A stretch of 64,000 bases of DNA from a virus, in the IMG/VR virus record IMGVR_UViG_3300006931_000001, positions 1-64,000 of that record. The stretch is one strand, 5' to 3'. The first letter of the stretch is position 1, and each line of letters starts with the position of its first letter. Positions 45,965 to 56,372 of this stretch are shown piece after piece. A program made the position numbers and the translations under genes. The notes beneath the pieces are model-generated. The model was not told where the DNA came from. It did not search any database and worked only from the letters and a program-made list of their open reading frames with translations.

Positions 45965-48195
45965 GTGACTTAAAAGTTACTATTGAAGCAGCGTTAGACA
46001 AAGAATCACTCAAAACTGCTGAGCGTGAATTAGCATCTAGTATTATTGGCGGAGGTGGCAGAAGTGGCGGTAGTGGAGGAAGTGGCAGTGGTGGCGGTAG
46101 CGGAGGAGGTTCGAGCGCCTTTGGTATATTAGCGAGTATGGTGCAGAGTAATACTGCAGCCTTGCACCAACTTCTGAGTTTAATCACTAATACGAATACT
46201 GCTATTAATCAACTTGCACAAGTTGTTACACATACGAGCGTAACAAATACTGCAGCAATTACTCAATTAACTAGTGCTACCGCAAGTAATGCTGCAGCAA
46301 ATGCAGCCATGGCTGGACAGATGACAGGTACCGGCCAAGGTCGACGATATGCAATTCCAGGTACGCACGCTATTGCTCGTGGAATATCGACGATTCATCA
46401 GTTAGGAAATGCCGGTGTTAATAATGCATCTATAGCAAATTCTGTTGGCACCATAGGCGGAATGCTTTTACCAGAGCTCAAGCCTGTTATAGATGCAGTG
46501 ACATCTATTTTCACGGATTCGTTCAATAAACAAGATCGTTTCCGTGAACAAGCATTGCGACGTTATCAAGTTGGTGGCGCTGCCGGTTTAGATATCGATG
46601 AAAACCAAAATGGTTATAACATCGACGCCATTAGAAAAGCTTCTGGATTTAATATTACACAATTCTCTACGTTGTATAACAGAGGCGCTAAGAGTGGTAT
46701 TTTTGACAAGGATAAATCGCCACAAGAAACTATGGCGAGTTTGATGTTTGGAGAGGCTGGTTTAGGTATTGGTAATGAAATGACAGCACTCCTTGGCGCT
46801 AGTCGCAAACAAGGAGCCTCTAATGAGACATCAAATATCCTAGGCAACGCTATCGGTCTTGCTGTAAGCGAGCACATGAGCAAGGGCCGTATCGGTGAGG
46901 TTTTTACTCAGTTGACACGTGCTGTAGACAGCAATACCAAAGCACAGACTGATATTGGTGATACAGCGAATCGTTTGTTATTTGTGTCAACACTTGGTGA
47001 TCAGTATCGTGGTGACACTGGTGCTGCACGAGACATGAATCAGGCGATCAAAGGATTAGCTGGCGGATCCACTCCATTTACACAGTATACCACTCTAAAA
47101 GCTGCGGGTTTAGGTAAAGGTGTTGGTTATAACGAAGCCTGGCTAAAATCACAGCGTGGCTTAGGAACTCAAGGAGGAGTTGGTTTTGAAGACCTAATTG
47201 CAGCTAATTTTGGTAATGCTGTAACTCAATACGCTAATGCACAATCAGAAGGTGAGCGCTCGGCTGTCGTTCATACAATTTCTAGTATGACCGGCATGAA
47301 TGGTGCGCAAGTTGATGACATCCTAAAAAGGTTAGCTAAAGATGATCGCTTTAACCGAATTGATGCATCACGAGGATTTAGTAATTTTCAAACACTTACT
47401 AATGTGCCTCGTAATTTGGTGCGCCCTCGCTCAGAAGCCGCAGTTGGAGAAGATGTGTTCCGATTTGGAATCGGTAACACCAGTGACCATCGTGGTTATG
47501 CTCCGGACACCTCTCCCTTTACTCTAGGCGGTTCGGCAAGTAGCAGTAGCGCACGAACCGCACCTGGCGGTGGTAACACAGCTAGAAGAGCCAAACTAGA
47601 GGCGTACGCACGTCAATTTGGATTACCAGCTAGCTCTGTTGGTTTTTTGGAGAAATGGATTGATATAGAATCTGGTGGAAATATAGGCTCATTAACTCAA
47701 TTTAATGAGCGTGGTTTATTTCAGATCATGGGTGGTTACGACAGCTCACATCCGTTTAAAGGCTCACAGGCAGACATGCTTGGTATGTCTGAAAACGATC
47801 ATCGTCAAACTTCGACAGATGAAGAATCGTCGCTTAAGTGGGGTGTTAAGTCTGTAGCCTTTTTGCGAAAACAAGCTGAGAAACTCAGAGATAAATTCGG
47901 ATTGCAGTGGAATGAGTCCGATATGTGGAAATTAACCAAGCTTGAGCATGGTGGAAGTGCTAATGCTTCTGACTTAGTAGATAAAGCCACCAAACAGCTT
48001 GGACGTGCACCGCGAGACTGGAGTGAAATGTCACAAGCGTCATTGCCTCTAGCAACACCACAAGAGCGCAATGTATTGAATAATTCCAATAAAATGCTTG
48101 TAGAGGTGCAGGTACATGATCGCAGAGTAACTGCTACAGTAACTCAACGTCCTGGTACTACAAATGCACCAGGACAGACAGCGGTAAAAAGATGA
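45961..48195 (+). CDS. Tape measure protein with C-terminal lytic transglycosylase domain
   Basis: Ala/Gly-rich helical body; IESGG...GLFQI SLT motifs; position. Confidence 0.75.
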   Translation: MSDLKVTIEAALDKESLKTAERELASSIIGGGGRSGGSGGSGSGGGSGGGSSAFGILASMVQSNTAALHQLLSLITNTNTAINQLAQVVTHTSVTNTAAITQLTSATASNAAANAAMAGQMTGTGQGRRYAIPGTHAIARGISTIHQLGNAGVNNASIANSVGTIGGMLLPELKPVIDAVTSIFTDSFNKQDRFREQALRRYQVGGAAGLDIDENQNGYNIDAIRKASGFNITQFSTLYNRGAKSGIFDKDKSPQETMASLMFGEAGLGIGNEMTALLGASRKQGASNETSNILGNAIGLAVSEHMSKGRIGEVFTQLTRAVDSNTKAQTDIGDTANRLLFVSTLGDQYRGDTGAARDMNQAIKGLAGGSTPFTQYTTLKAAGLGKGVGYNEAWLKSQRGLGTQGGVGFEDLIAANFGNAVTQYANAQSEGERSAVVHTISSMTGMNGAQVDDILKRLAKDDRFNRIDASRGFSNFQTLTNVPRNLVRPRSEAAVGEDVFRFGIGNTSDHRGYAPDTSPFTLGGSASSSSARTAPGGGNTARRAKLEAYARQFGLPASSVGFLEKWIDIESGGNIGSLTQFNERGLFQIMGGYDSSHPFKGSQADMLGMSENDHRQTSTDEESSLKWGVKSVAFLRKQAEKLRDKFGLQWNESDMWKLTKLEHGGSANASDLVDKATKQLGRAPRDWSEMSQASLPLATPQERNVLNNSNKMLVEVQVHDRRVTATVTQRPGTTNAPGQTAVKR

Positions 48196-50009
48196 CGTCA
48201 GTTATCGAGCAGAGCTGTTCGTGTGAATTACTAGTATTACCACGTCGTGGTGTGTATAATTTGAGTTCTTTTTTAGCAGGAGATAATCCTGCAACTCTGG
48301 CACGAAAACTATTACATACGGGTACAGAGCCGATCTATGTTGGCGGTCGTTACGGTAGTGATGTGCTTACATGTAACTGGAGAAAAGAAATTGAAGGACC
48401 TTACGGTAGTTATCATATCAATGTCAAACCGAGTAATGATTTAACTGGTGAATTGATTGACTATACTACCAAAATTAGTCCTGGCGATTTAGTATTTCTG
48501 TTCATGGATAACCAGAAGATCTGGTCAGATGATACCTTATTGTCAGGTAAGCTAATTACAATAGGTATCATTGATAGAGTATCAAGTCCTGTAGTTGTGG
48601 ATTCTGAAGGTGTAGAGCACGTTTCTGTAAATATCAGTGGAAGAGACTTCGGTGCTATATTTACAGACACAACTACTGTATTCGATCAAGCTTTCTCTGT
48701 TGTCGAACAGCAATTTTTAACTGACGCTTATTTTCAGCAGTTAGCTGACAAGCAGAGCTCTGGTCAGAGTCCACTTGAAAATGTGTTGCAGATCATTAAT
48801 TTGATCTACAACAGTAAGGCTACAAGTAGCACACTTGTAAATGCTCAATGGCGTTTGCATGCACATAGTGGTGATACAGAGCAGCAAATTCCTTTGATCT
48901 CTTTATTAGATATCACGACATTTACGCAGACATTCATGTTTGGATACACGTTACCTGATCCGTTTGGTTTTGCTCAAGCTGGCAACGTTTGGGCGTTAAT
49001 GGATAGCTTCTGTAATCGTGTAATCAATGAAATGTTTGTTGATATTCGTGATGCGTCCACAGCTGAATTGAATTACATCAGACAGGCTGGTGAAGTTGCT
49101 CGTAGCTTTTTATCTGATGCCGATCAGAGTAAGCAGGTACAGGCACGAACCGATGTAGCTACATCTGGTGTTTTTAAGGTTCTACAGACGTCCACGCCTA
49201 GCGGAAATCAGGCAAATGCTGATGGTTCTGTTCCTGTAGGGCAGCCATCGCTTTCATTGGTGATGCGGCAACGTCCATATGATCGTGACGCATTTATGGC
49301 TCTACCTCAGTCGGTAGTGACATCACATGAAATCTATGATCGAGACTTAGGATTTAGCTCTAGTAATGTCGTGAATTTTTTTCGTATTAGGACGCCTATC
49401 CTGAGTCCTGCAGTACAAGAATTAATTTATGGAATACGAGTTAATGTAGATTCAATTTTTCGTTTTGGACTACGAAGACTAGAGCCAGAGACTCGATATT
49501 TTTTCTCATCTAGTGATTTGTCTACAGCATATGCTAACGGTGAGAGTCAAGGTTTAGATTTCACAGATATCTTCGATTTCTATATTGGTTTACTCTCCAC
49601 CTGGTATGCAGCGAATGAGCAGCTCTTGGAGGGTACGATTACAACTCGTCTGAGACCTGACATCCGAGTTGGTACGCGTTTACGTCTCCTAGCGCCTAAT
49701 GCATTTACGGATGATGACGAAACGTTGTTTCGTTACGGTTTAGGTGACTCAGCGTATTTGGATTTTTATGTCCAAGGTGTTTCTCATAATTTCAATACCA
49801 GTCCAGGTGCTAGTCGCTCAACATTTACAGTAATACGTGGCATTTATCCGGATGGTCAGAATTTAGCGGCGAATCTCCGATGGTCGCGACTCGGATCAAT
49901 TATTCCTCCTGACCTAAATACATTTGGACGTTTTACAGAGGAAGGTGTGTTTACACCTGAAAGTGATATAGCTGAGAAAATATTTAATGATTTAAGGAGA
50001 GATCAATAA
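48192..50009 (+). CDS. Baseplate hub protein
   Basis: GIIDRV, ISGRDFG, FGLRR, RPDIRVGTR, FYVQGVSHNF..TFTVIRG. Confidence 0.75.
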   Translation: MTSVIEQSCSCELLVLPRRGVYNLSSFLAGDNPATLARKLLHTGTEPIYVGGRYGSDVLTCNWRKEIEGPYGSYHINVKPSNDLTGELIDYTTKISPGDLVFLFMDNQKIWSDDTLLSGKLITIGIIDRVSSPVVVDSEGVEHVSVNISGRDFGAIFTDTTTVFDQAFSVVEQQFLTDAYFQQLADKQSSGQSPLENVLQIINLIYNSKATSSTLVNAQWRLHAHSGDTEQQIPLISLLDITTFTQTFMFGYTLPDPFGFAQAGNVWALMDSFCNRVINEMFVDIRDASTAELNYIRQAGEVARSFLSDADQSKQVQARTDVATSGVFKVLQTSTPSGNQANADGSVPVGQPSLSLVMRQRPYDRDAFMALPQSVVTSHEIYDRDLGFSSSNVVNFFRIRTPILSPAVQELIYGIRVNVDSIFRFGLRRLEPETRYFFSSSDLSTAYANGESQGLDFTDIFDFYIGLLSTWYAANEQLLEGTITTRLRPDIRVGTRLRLLAPNAFTDDDETLFRYGLGDSAYLDFYVQGVSHNFNTSPGASRSTFTVIRGIYPDGQNLAANLRWSRLGSIIPPDLNTFGRFTEEGVFTPESDIAEKIFNDLRRDQ

Positions 50010-50779
50010 TGTTCAATTCTGACGATTCACCTATACAAGGTGGCTTGAGTAACAACGCTACAGCTCTTACAGGACAGTCTCCTCATTTCTCGAGTGTCGG
50101 ATTGCGTGAGATGGTTGTTATCGATGTAGTTTATGCAGATCAAGCTGGAAATCGGAGTCAGAGTTATCCAGAATACACAGTTAGAGATCTCCAGACTGGC
50201 GAGAAAATTCCTGGTGTCAGAAAACTCAATGATTTAAGTGATCCGGATAACGGAGAGGAAGTTGTAATTCATCCTGCGCGGAATCTCTTACCTACAGCCA
50301 AACCTCAAAAATTCACGAAGTCAACACCCGCAATAGTCACCGATGGTACACGAGTGTTGGTCGGTTTTATTGAAGGTTCACACAGTCGTGCTGTAATTAT
50401 CGGCGTTTTTGCACATCCCTCTGCATCTTATGGAGCACGCGCAGCGGATGGAGAACGTCGACTAATTACACACAGAGGTACGAGCGTCGAATTTCGTCAA
50501 GATGGTTCTTATGTTATTAAACGTGATGCTACGTCAGTAACATTAGATTCTGATGCTAATATCACTGTCAAGCACAAATCAGGTTCGACTTTAATTTTTA
50601 ATGCAGATGGGAGCATAACTGTAGTACCAGCAACTGGCCAAGTTATAAAGCTAGGTAGTGATTCTATCGTAGCTCCTTTAGATGGCGTGGTTCACGGATC
50701 TGGTATAGATACGTTTACAGGTAAGCCATACGCTATTCTAGGAAACGCATCATCTGTTGTATTAGCAAAGAAGATCTAA
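50009..50779 (+). CDS. Baseplate central spike (gpV/gp5-like)
   Basis: VLVGFIEG...AVIIGVF, then beta-repeats HKSGSTLIFNADGSITV. Confidence 0.7.
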   Translation: MFNSDDSPIQGGLSNNATALTGQSPHFSSVGLREMVVIDVVYADQAGNRSQSYPEYTVRDLQTGEKIPGVRKLNDLSDPDNGEEVVIHPARNLLPTAKPQKFTKSTPAIVTDGTRVLVGFIEGSHSRAVIIGVFAHPSASYGARAADGERRLITHRGTSVEFRQDGSYVIKRDATSVTLDSDANITVKHKSGSTLIFNADGSITVVPATGQVIKLGSDSIVAPLDGVVHGSGIDTFTGKPYAILGNASSVVLAKKI

Positions 50780-50780
50780 T

Positions 50781-51020
50781 ATGGCGCTCAGTGGTTCAGC
50801 ACTTAAGTCAATGATGCAAGCTGCATTTATAGCAGACGGCCGTACGTGGACAGATGATATTGATGCTAGCTGGTCTCTTATCTGTGATGTGCTTATTACA
50901 TACCTTAAAGCTAATACAGTAGTAACTACAACATTAGCTGTAGCTTCTGTTTCTGGTGTGACACCTGGTTCCGGAGTATCAGGACCAGGTACAGGCACTG
51001 GTACAGGTATAATTTCATAA
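50781..51020 (+). CDS. Small baseplate-associated protein
   Basis: Ends SGPGTGTGTGIIS; follows spike. Confidence 0.5.
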   Translation: MALSGSALKSMMQAAFIADGRTWTDDIDASWSLICDVLITYLKANTVVTTTLAVASVSGVTPGSGVSGPGTGTGTGIIS

Positions 51021-51032
51021 CTGAGGTGTAAT

Positions 51033-53198
51033 ATGCCACAGGACAAACCAACTAGGCCAGATGACGCATTTGGTTCACGATTCGCAAAATCTTTACAGTA
51101 TGGATTTTTTCTTTACGATATGCAGGCAGACACATCATTTGCTGATATCGTAAGAAATGCTGATCGTTATGTGCCTTTGATTCTCAATCCACAAACTGTA
51201 ATAATACGTGAACCCTATGCTACTGCATCAACACCGACGCAGGGTGGTGGTTTAGTAATTGAGTCTCGTGGTGGTATTATCAAACACGGACAAATTTCAG
51301 GCACTACAGCTTACCTACCTGTTGATCGTGATGATGATGTCGTAGTTATTCCATCGACTAACGGACGGTCATTGACACCGACAGGTGCAAATGTTGATAA
51401 TACGTTAGGTAAACGATCTGGTTTTTTAGCATTTCATAGACTACGTTATATTTTTCGTCTCTATCAATACGAACGTAGACGTGGAAATACGAAGATTTCA
51501 CTACATTGGTTTGATATCAAAAATGATGAATTGTGGCGTATAGAGCCTCAAGAATTTACAATGCGCCGGCAAGCTCGGCGTTCTATGTTATTTGATTATG
51601 ATATTTCATTTCAGCTGATAGAGCAGTCCAATATACTCGGCGAATCAGTTATTGTAATAAACGGATTTGAGTTACCAAAACCACCAAACCCACCAAATGG
51701 TTTACATACTGACGCACTGCAGCGTATTGCTAATACTATCAGTAGTGCTACTAATTCTGTACACGCATATGGCACGCCTTCTGTCTTAGACTCTGTGAGT
51801 AGAATGCGAGAATTGAGTGGAGCTGCAGAAGGTTTTGTTAATAAAGTATCAGGTGCAGTGCAGCGTACTTTTCAGAATGTCATAGCTAGTCTTAATAATG
51901 TCGTAGGCTTTTTTGATGATATCCATAGTACATTTGTAACAGCTCTGTCGATTCCTTTGGCGGTCCTGGGACAATTAAACGCAGCAGTGGACGGAGCTCG
52001 TGCAGTATGGTTCGAATTTGCGTCAGATAATATTCATGCCGAATTAAATGAATGGGCGCATGAGATAAAGCAGTTAACGTACGGATTAATTTCATATCAC
52101 TTAGCTGCATTTAATCAGGCACCTGGTCAAGACATCATGGTACAGGATCAATCATTCTCTACAGGTAAAGCCAAGAGTGGTTTTACGAATTCACTCATGC
52201 AAGAGACTGACACGAGCGCCGGTTCTCCGGATCAGAATCCAGTGCTCGGAGCCAGCGGTCTGAGTTTGCAAACTAACGTTGCAGCTCTTTCTAACGTAAA
52301 ATCCATTGAGATGGTTCCTATCCAGGTTGGCGATTCCATATATACTATTGCGCAGCGAGAATTAGGCGATATTAGAAGAGCCATCGATCTGATTGTAATT
52401 AATGAGCTCGATGCACCATATATCGTTGCCGACTCGAAACAGAAGCCACCGAATACTCTAGCTTGGAGTGAATTCATTGGAAAACCATCGACACAGCGTG
52501 TATCTCAAGTAGAGGCACAATCTACTCAGCAATTAATATCAACGTACTCATCTAACAACATCAGTCGTGTTGTGTCATCTACTGTGTTGGTAGATAATCA
52601 GGCAGCTGGAAATTGGTTTGAAGATCAGTGGGTTGGATTTACTATAACACTGACACACGCTTCAAGTGGTGTGCAAGAAACACGTGTTATCGTAGATAGC
52701 GACACACATGGAACACTCACTCTGAATTATGCATTTAACGTATTACCAATTGCTGGTGTTGATAGTTACACATTGAGTTTGCAAACTTTCGCGGCCGGCA
52801 GACCAGTGCAAGAAGATGTGAAAGCATTTGGTAGTGACTTTCTGCTCAAATGGAGCAGTGATAACAAAGCTACTATCGTACTTAATGCTAATAGAGATAT
52901 TGCTCGCGTTTCTGGTCTTGATAATTTATTTCAGGCTATCCGATTACGCTGCCTGACAGAACCAGGCAGTTTACCATGGCACACCACATACGGCGTTGCC
53001 TGGCCTACAGGAAGGCCGTGGGATGAATCTAGCGCAATCCAGTATACATTTTTTGTTCGTCGTTCTTTGCTGAATGATCGGCGTATCGCAGCAATAAGTA
53101 ATGCTAAAATCACTTTGGTTGGAACCAAGTTTACATTTGAAGCTGAGGTTCAACCGATAAAAACACGCAAATCGAGAAAAGTCAAAGTGTCGAAATGA
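51033..53198 (+). CDS. Fused baseplate protein: tube-initiator-like + LysM-like + gp25-like wedge
   Basis: LNPQ N-domain; VGDSIYTIAQRELGD; VSGLDNLFQAIRLRCLTEPGSLPWHTTYG. Confidence 0.65.
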   Translation: MPQDKPTRPDDAFGSRFAKSLQYGFFLYDMQADTSFADIVRNADRYVPLILNPQTVIIREPYATASTPTQGGGLVIESRGGIIKHGQISGTTAYLPVDRDDDVVVIPSTNGRSLTPTGANVDNTLGKRSGFLAFHRLRYIFRLYQYERRRGNTKISLHWFDIKNDELWRIEPQEFTMRRQARRSMLFDYDISFQLIEQSNILGESVIVINGFELPKPPNPPNGLHTDALQRIANTISSATNSVHAYGTPSVLDSVSRMRELSGAAEGFVNKVSGAVQRTFQNVIASLNNVVGFFDDIHSTFVTALSIPLAVLGQLNAAVDGARAVWFEFASDNIHAELNEWAHEIKQLTYGLISYHLAAFNQAPGQDIMVQDQSFSTGKAKSGFTNSLMQETDTSAGSPDQNPVLGASGLSLQTNVAALSNVKSIEMVPIQVGDSIYTIAQRELGDIRRAIDLIVINELDAPYIVADSKQKPPNTLAWSEFIGKPSTQRVSQVEAQSTQQLISTYSSNNISRVVSSTVLVDNQAAGNWFEDQWVGFTITLTHASSGVQETRVIVDSDTHGTLTLNYAFNVLPIAGVDSYTLSLQTFAAGRPVQEDVKAFGSDFLLKWSSDNKATIVLNANRDIARVSGLDNLFQAIRLRCLTEPGSLPWHTTYGVAWPTGRPWDESSAIQYTFFVRRSLLNDRRIAAISNAKITLVGTKFTFEAEVQPIKTRKSRKVKVSK

Positions 53199-53205
53199 GG
53201 AGCAT

Positions 53206-55530
53206 ATGGCATTAGCATTCAGACTAAAAACACAGCCTGAAATTCTGTTGAGTATGCTCGCTCAAGCCAGAGCTGAGTCAGACATCAATGGAAATGGTGA
53301 TATTGATCTCAATGTTGGTTCTGTTGGCAGAATCTTTTTAGAAACTGCAGCTGAAAGTGATGCAGATCAATATATTCAGATTAGTAAGCTGTTAAAGCTT
53401 TTTTCAATATTCACAGCTAAAGGTGTAGACCTAGATGAACGGATGCGAGATTTAGGCTCTGACATCTTTCCAGAAATGCGGCGTTTAGCTGCAAACACAT
53501 CAATCGGGACAATTACTGTCGGTGATGGCGCACTGCTAGTATCCTCAGCCTTAGCCGCAGATACAACGCAGAATGCTCTTACATTTTCCTCTCTAATCGG
53601 TGACGGTTCCAAATTTCCAATCAGTGGCGGAATCGTATTAGAGCAAGGCACTACACGGCAAGAGACTATAGTATATAAAAGATCTGGTGATGTATTTACT
53701 GTTTTGTATCCAACTACCGGATGTGTGAATTCACATCCTGTTGGAGGTACAATTCTGTCTATCGCTACACGATCTTTTCTTCAGGCTCCGGTTAGTATCG
53801 GCGCGACGATTATTACTCTACCTACCGGAACAGGTGCAGCTTGGGCTAGTAGTGGTAGTGTGATCCTAGATCAAGGTACTGTTAGCGAAGAAAAAAAGAC
53901 GTTTACGAGATCTGTAGATACATTGACAGTAGCTGCACTAACATTTGGTCATAATGCAGGTACTAGTTTAATACAAAGCACATTTGGTTCGGATCGTAAT
54001 ATTCCATTTAGTCAGGTTTGTTATGTACCAGCAACCGACACGTCTAAAGAGATTGATTTTCGTGTATCACAAAGCAATGCAAAATTGCTTGATGGTGCAT
54101 TTGTATCAGATCCAATAACAATTGAAAGTATTCTTCCTGGATCTGCAACAAAAGTTGGCTCTAATATTATTACAAAATGGCAATCTCCTCCATTTACGGG
54201 AGCTACCGTAACAAATCCTACAGCCGTTACGCGTGGTAGAGAACGAGAAGATGATAGTTCATATGTGCAGCGTGTTGTTAATTTTATTCAGAGTCTCTCT
54301 AGAGGCACACCATTAGCAACTACAACGCTAACAAACGGTGTCACAGATCCGGTTACTGGAGCACAGGTAGCTTTTGCTCAAATTGTAGAGCCCGTAGCTC
54401 CCGGAATGAGTGTCCTTTACATATCTGACGGTACAGCGACTTTTGCACTTACGCAGATACAGTTTCAAGGTAGAGACGTATTAATTAGTGATGCTGAATC
54501 TGGAGATCGACGAGGTAAGCTTTCACAGTATGGTCCTTTTGTAGTCTCAGCAACTACGCCGACTAGTCCAAGAATATTTACAAGTTTTCAGCGTGGCACT
54601 GCTACAGCTGTCGCGGCGGGTTCACTTACCGATACTACCAAATCCTTAAGTATCAATTTCTATAACGGTGCCTATCTTAAAGCAGATGACAATACGTTTT
54701 ACAAAATCAACAGTAATACAGCAAATACATTTACGTTAGCTACGACGTCGACACCGTCTTTGGGTGTATACGCCATTGTAGATTTTGGAACGTTTCCGCA
54801 AATTAGTAGTACATCGACCAGCGTATCGGCTAATACATTAACTGATACTACACAGACGATGACCATAAATGCGCATGTTGGTAAGTGGGTTGTAGATTCA
54901 GCTGGGAAAGCCTGGCAGGTTACAGCAAATACAGCTACTGCTTTTACTCTTGCAGCGAGCGGTGCGACTCCTGCATCAGGAGCTTATACGCTGACAGCTG
55001 GTAATCCGATTCCTCTTATACCTGGTACTGATTATTTATTTAACCAGACTAACGGTGATATTGAATTAGTGCTAAGCAAGGCTTTGCAGTTAAATGATTG
55101 TATGTTAGCTGCATCCGATGGAGCGAATCCGTCGGTTGGTGCTTATACATATACGACTGGTTTAGGAGCTTACGTACAGCGTTTGGTAAATGGTGATCCT
55201 AGTGATTTTACGAATTTTCCAGGTATCCGCGCTGATGGTACTCAAGTCTTAGTAACTGCACCGATTACAGTGTCTACTACATTTACGTTACAAGTTATTG
55301 CTGCACGAGGATTCTCCGATCAAGATATTACAGCTGATGTACAGAGTGCAGTAGAGACATACGTAAATTCTCTTGGAATTGGTGAAGATGTTATTATTTC
55401 TGAAATAATTCGTGTGGTGAAGAGTCTGGTAGGTGTTGCAGATGTCAAGATGATCGATCCGACGTCGAACGTGACAGTGCCTGCGGGCTCTATCATGCGT
55501 ATTACAGCGTCGAGTGTGGTGCCAGTATGA
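53206..55530 (+). CDS. Baseplate J-like wedge protein with inserted repeat domains
   Basis: NVGSVGRIFLE, TAKGVDLD, GREREDDSSYVQR...SLSRGT, YVNSLGIGEDV. Confidence 0.8.
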   Translation: MALAFRLKTQPEILLSMLAQARAESDINGNGDIDLNVGSVGRIFLETAAESDADQYIQISKLLKLFSIFTAKGVDLDERMRDLGSDIFPEMRRLAANTSIGTITVGDGALLVSSALAADTTQNALTFSSLIGDGSKFPISGGIVLEQGTTRQETIVYKRSGDVFTVLYPTTGCVNSHPVGGTILSIATRSFLQAPVSIGATIITLPTGTGAAWASSGSVILDQGTVSEEKKTFTRSVDTLTVAALTFGHNAGTSLIQSTFGSDRNIPFSQVCYVPATDTSKEIDFRVSQSNAKLLDGAFVSDPITIESILPGSATKVGSNIITKWQSPPFTGATVTNPTAVTRGREREDDSSYVQRVVNFIQSLSRGTPLATTTLTNGVTDPVTGAQVAFAQIVEPVAPGMSVLYISDGTATFALTQIQFQGRDVLISDAESGDRRGKLSQYGPFVVSATTPTSPRIFTSFQRGTATAVAAGSLTDTTKSLSINFYNGAYLKADDNTFYKINSNTANTFTLATTSTPSLGVYAIVDFGTFPQISSTSTSVSANTLTDTTQTMTINAHVGKWVVDSAGKAWQVTANTATAFTLAASGATPASGAYTLTAGNPIPLIPGTDYLFNQTNGDIELVLSKALQLNDCMLAASDGANPSVGAYTYTTGLGAYVQRLVNGDPSDFTNFPGIRADGTQVLVTAPITVSTTFTLQVIAARGFSDQDITADVQSAVETYVNSLGIGEDVIISEIIRVVKSLVGVADVKMIDPTSNVTVPAGSIMRITASSVVPV

Positions 55531-56372
55531 TACTTCCACCATACAACGTACAATTTATTACATCTACATCTGTACTCAATTCTCGTAATAATACATTTAT
55601 ATTTTCGATGCCTACAACTGTAGATGTAGATGACACGGTGTTGTTATTTACATGGTCTGGTGAAACTAATGATTCAAAATTAAATACAGCAGCGCTGCCT
55701 AATAGTTGGTCTTTGCTTTCAGAAATTAACACACCAACACGTCAACAAGTATGTTTGCTTCGTCATACAGTGTTGACTGAAGAGACAGCTACATATACGT
55801 TTCCTGAAATTACCACAGGAGTCGGACTTCCCTTATTTGGTTTTAGCTTAGCTTATCGTGGTTTAGATCCGTCCACTGCTTTAATATCGGCAGGTGTAAC
55901 GGATATTACTACTAATACTGTATTGTTTAATTGTCCAAGTACAACACTAGTGAAAAATTCTGATGTCTATTTAGGATTCACAGCTGGTTTGTCTTCGATA
56001 CCGATATTCAGTACACCGCCAATTAACGCAACAGAGCGTGTAGATTCTAGTGGTACACTGATTTCAACATATCATGCATCTGCATTTGAATTACTCACTC
56101 ACAAGCTTGGTACTACAGGTGTACAAACTGTAACATTAGATACAGCATCAACTGGTGTAGCTGCATCTTATGCATTAAAGGCGATTTCAGGTAACGTTGA
56201 TAATTACAAAACTAAATTGATGCGTCAGATGATTCAGCGTTCGCCGCTCGATACGCGCCTGAGTTCGCCGCTTGGCGTATTACTGCATGTTGTAGGAACG
56301 CAAGACAACGTAATTGGTGGATTATTCGGTGATAGTGATTTTCTTCCAGATGATCCTGCAGGAGCATTTTGA
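55527..56372 (+). CDS. Baseplate/tail-associated protein
   Basis: Thr/Ser-rich; ATGA-coupled. Confidence 0.55.
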   Translation: MILPPYNVQFITSTSVLNSRNNTFIFSMPTTVDVDDTVLLFTWSGETNDSKLNTAALPNSWSLLSEINTPTRQQVCLLRHTVLTEETATYTFPEITTGVGLPLFGFSLAYRGLDPSTALISAGVTDITTNTVLFNCPSTTLVKNSDVYLGFTAGLSSIPIFSTPPINATERVDSSGTLISTYHASAFELLTHKLGTTGVQTVTLDTASTGVAASYALKAISGNVDNYKTKLMRQMIQRSPLDTRLSSPLGVLLHVVGTQDNVIGGLFGDSDFLPDDPAGAF

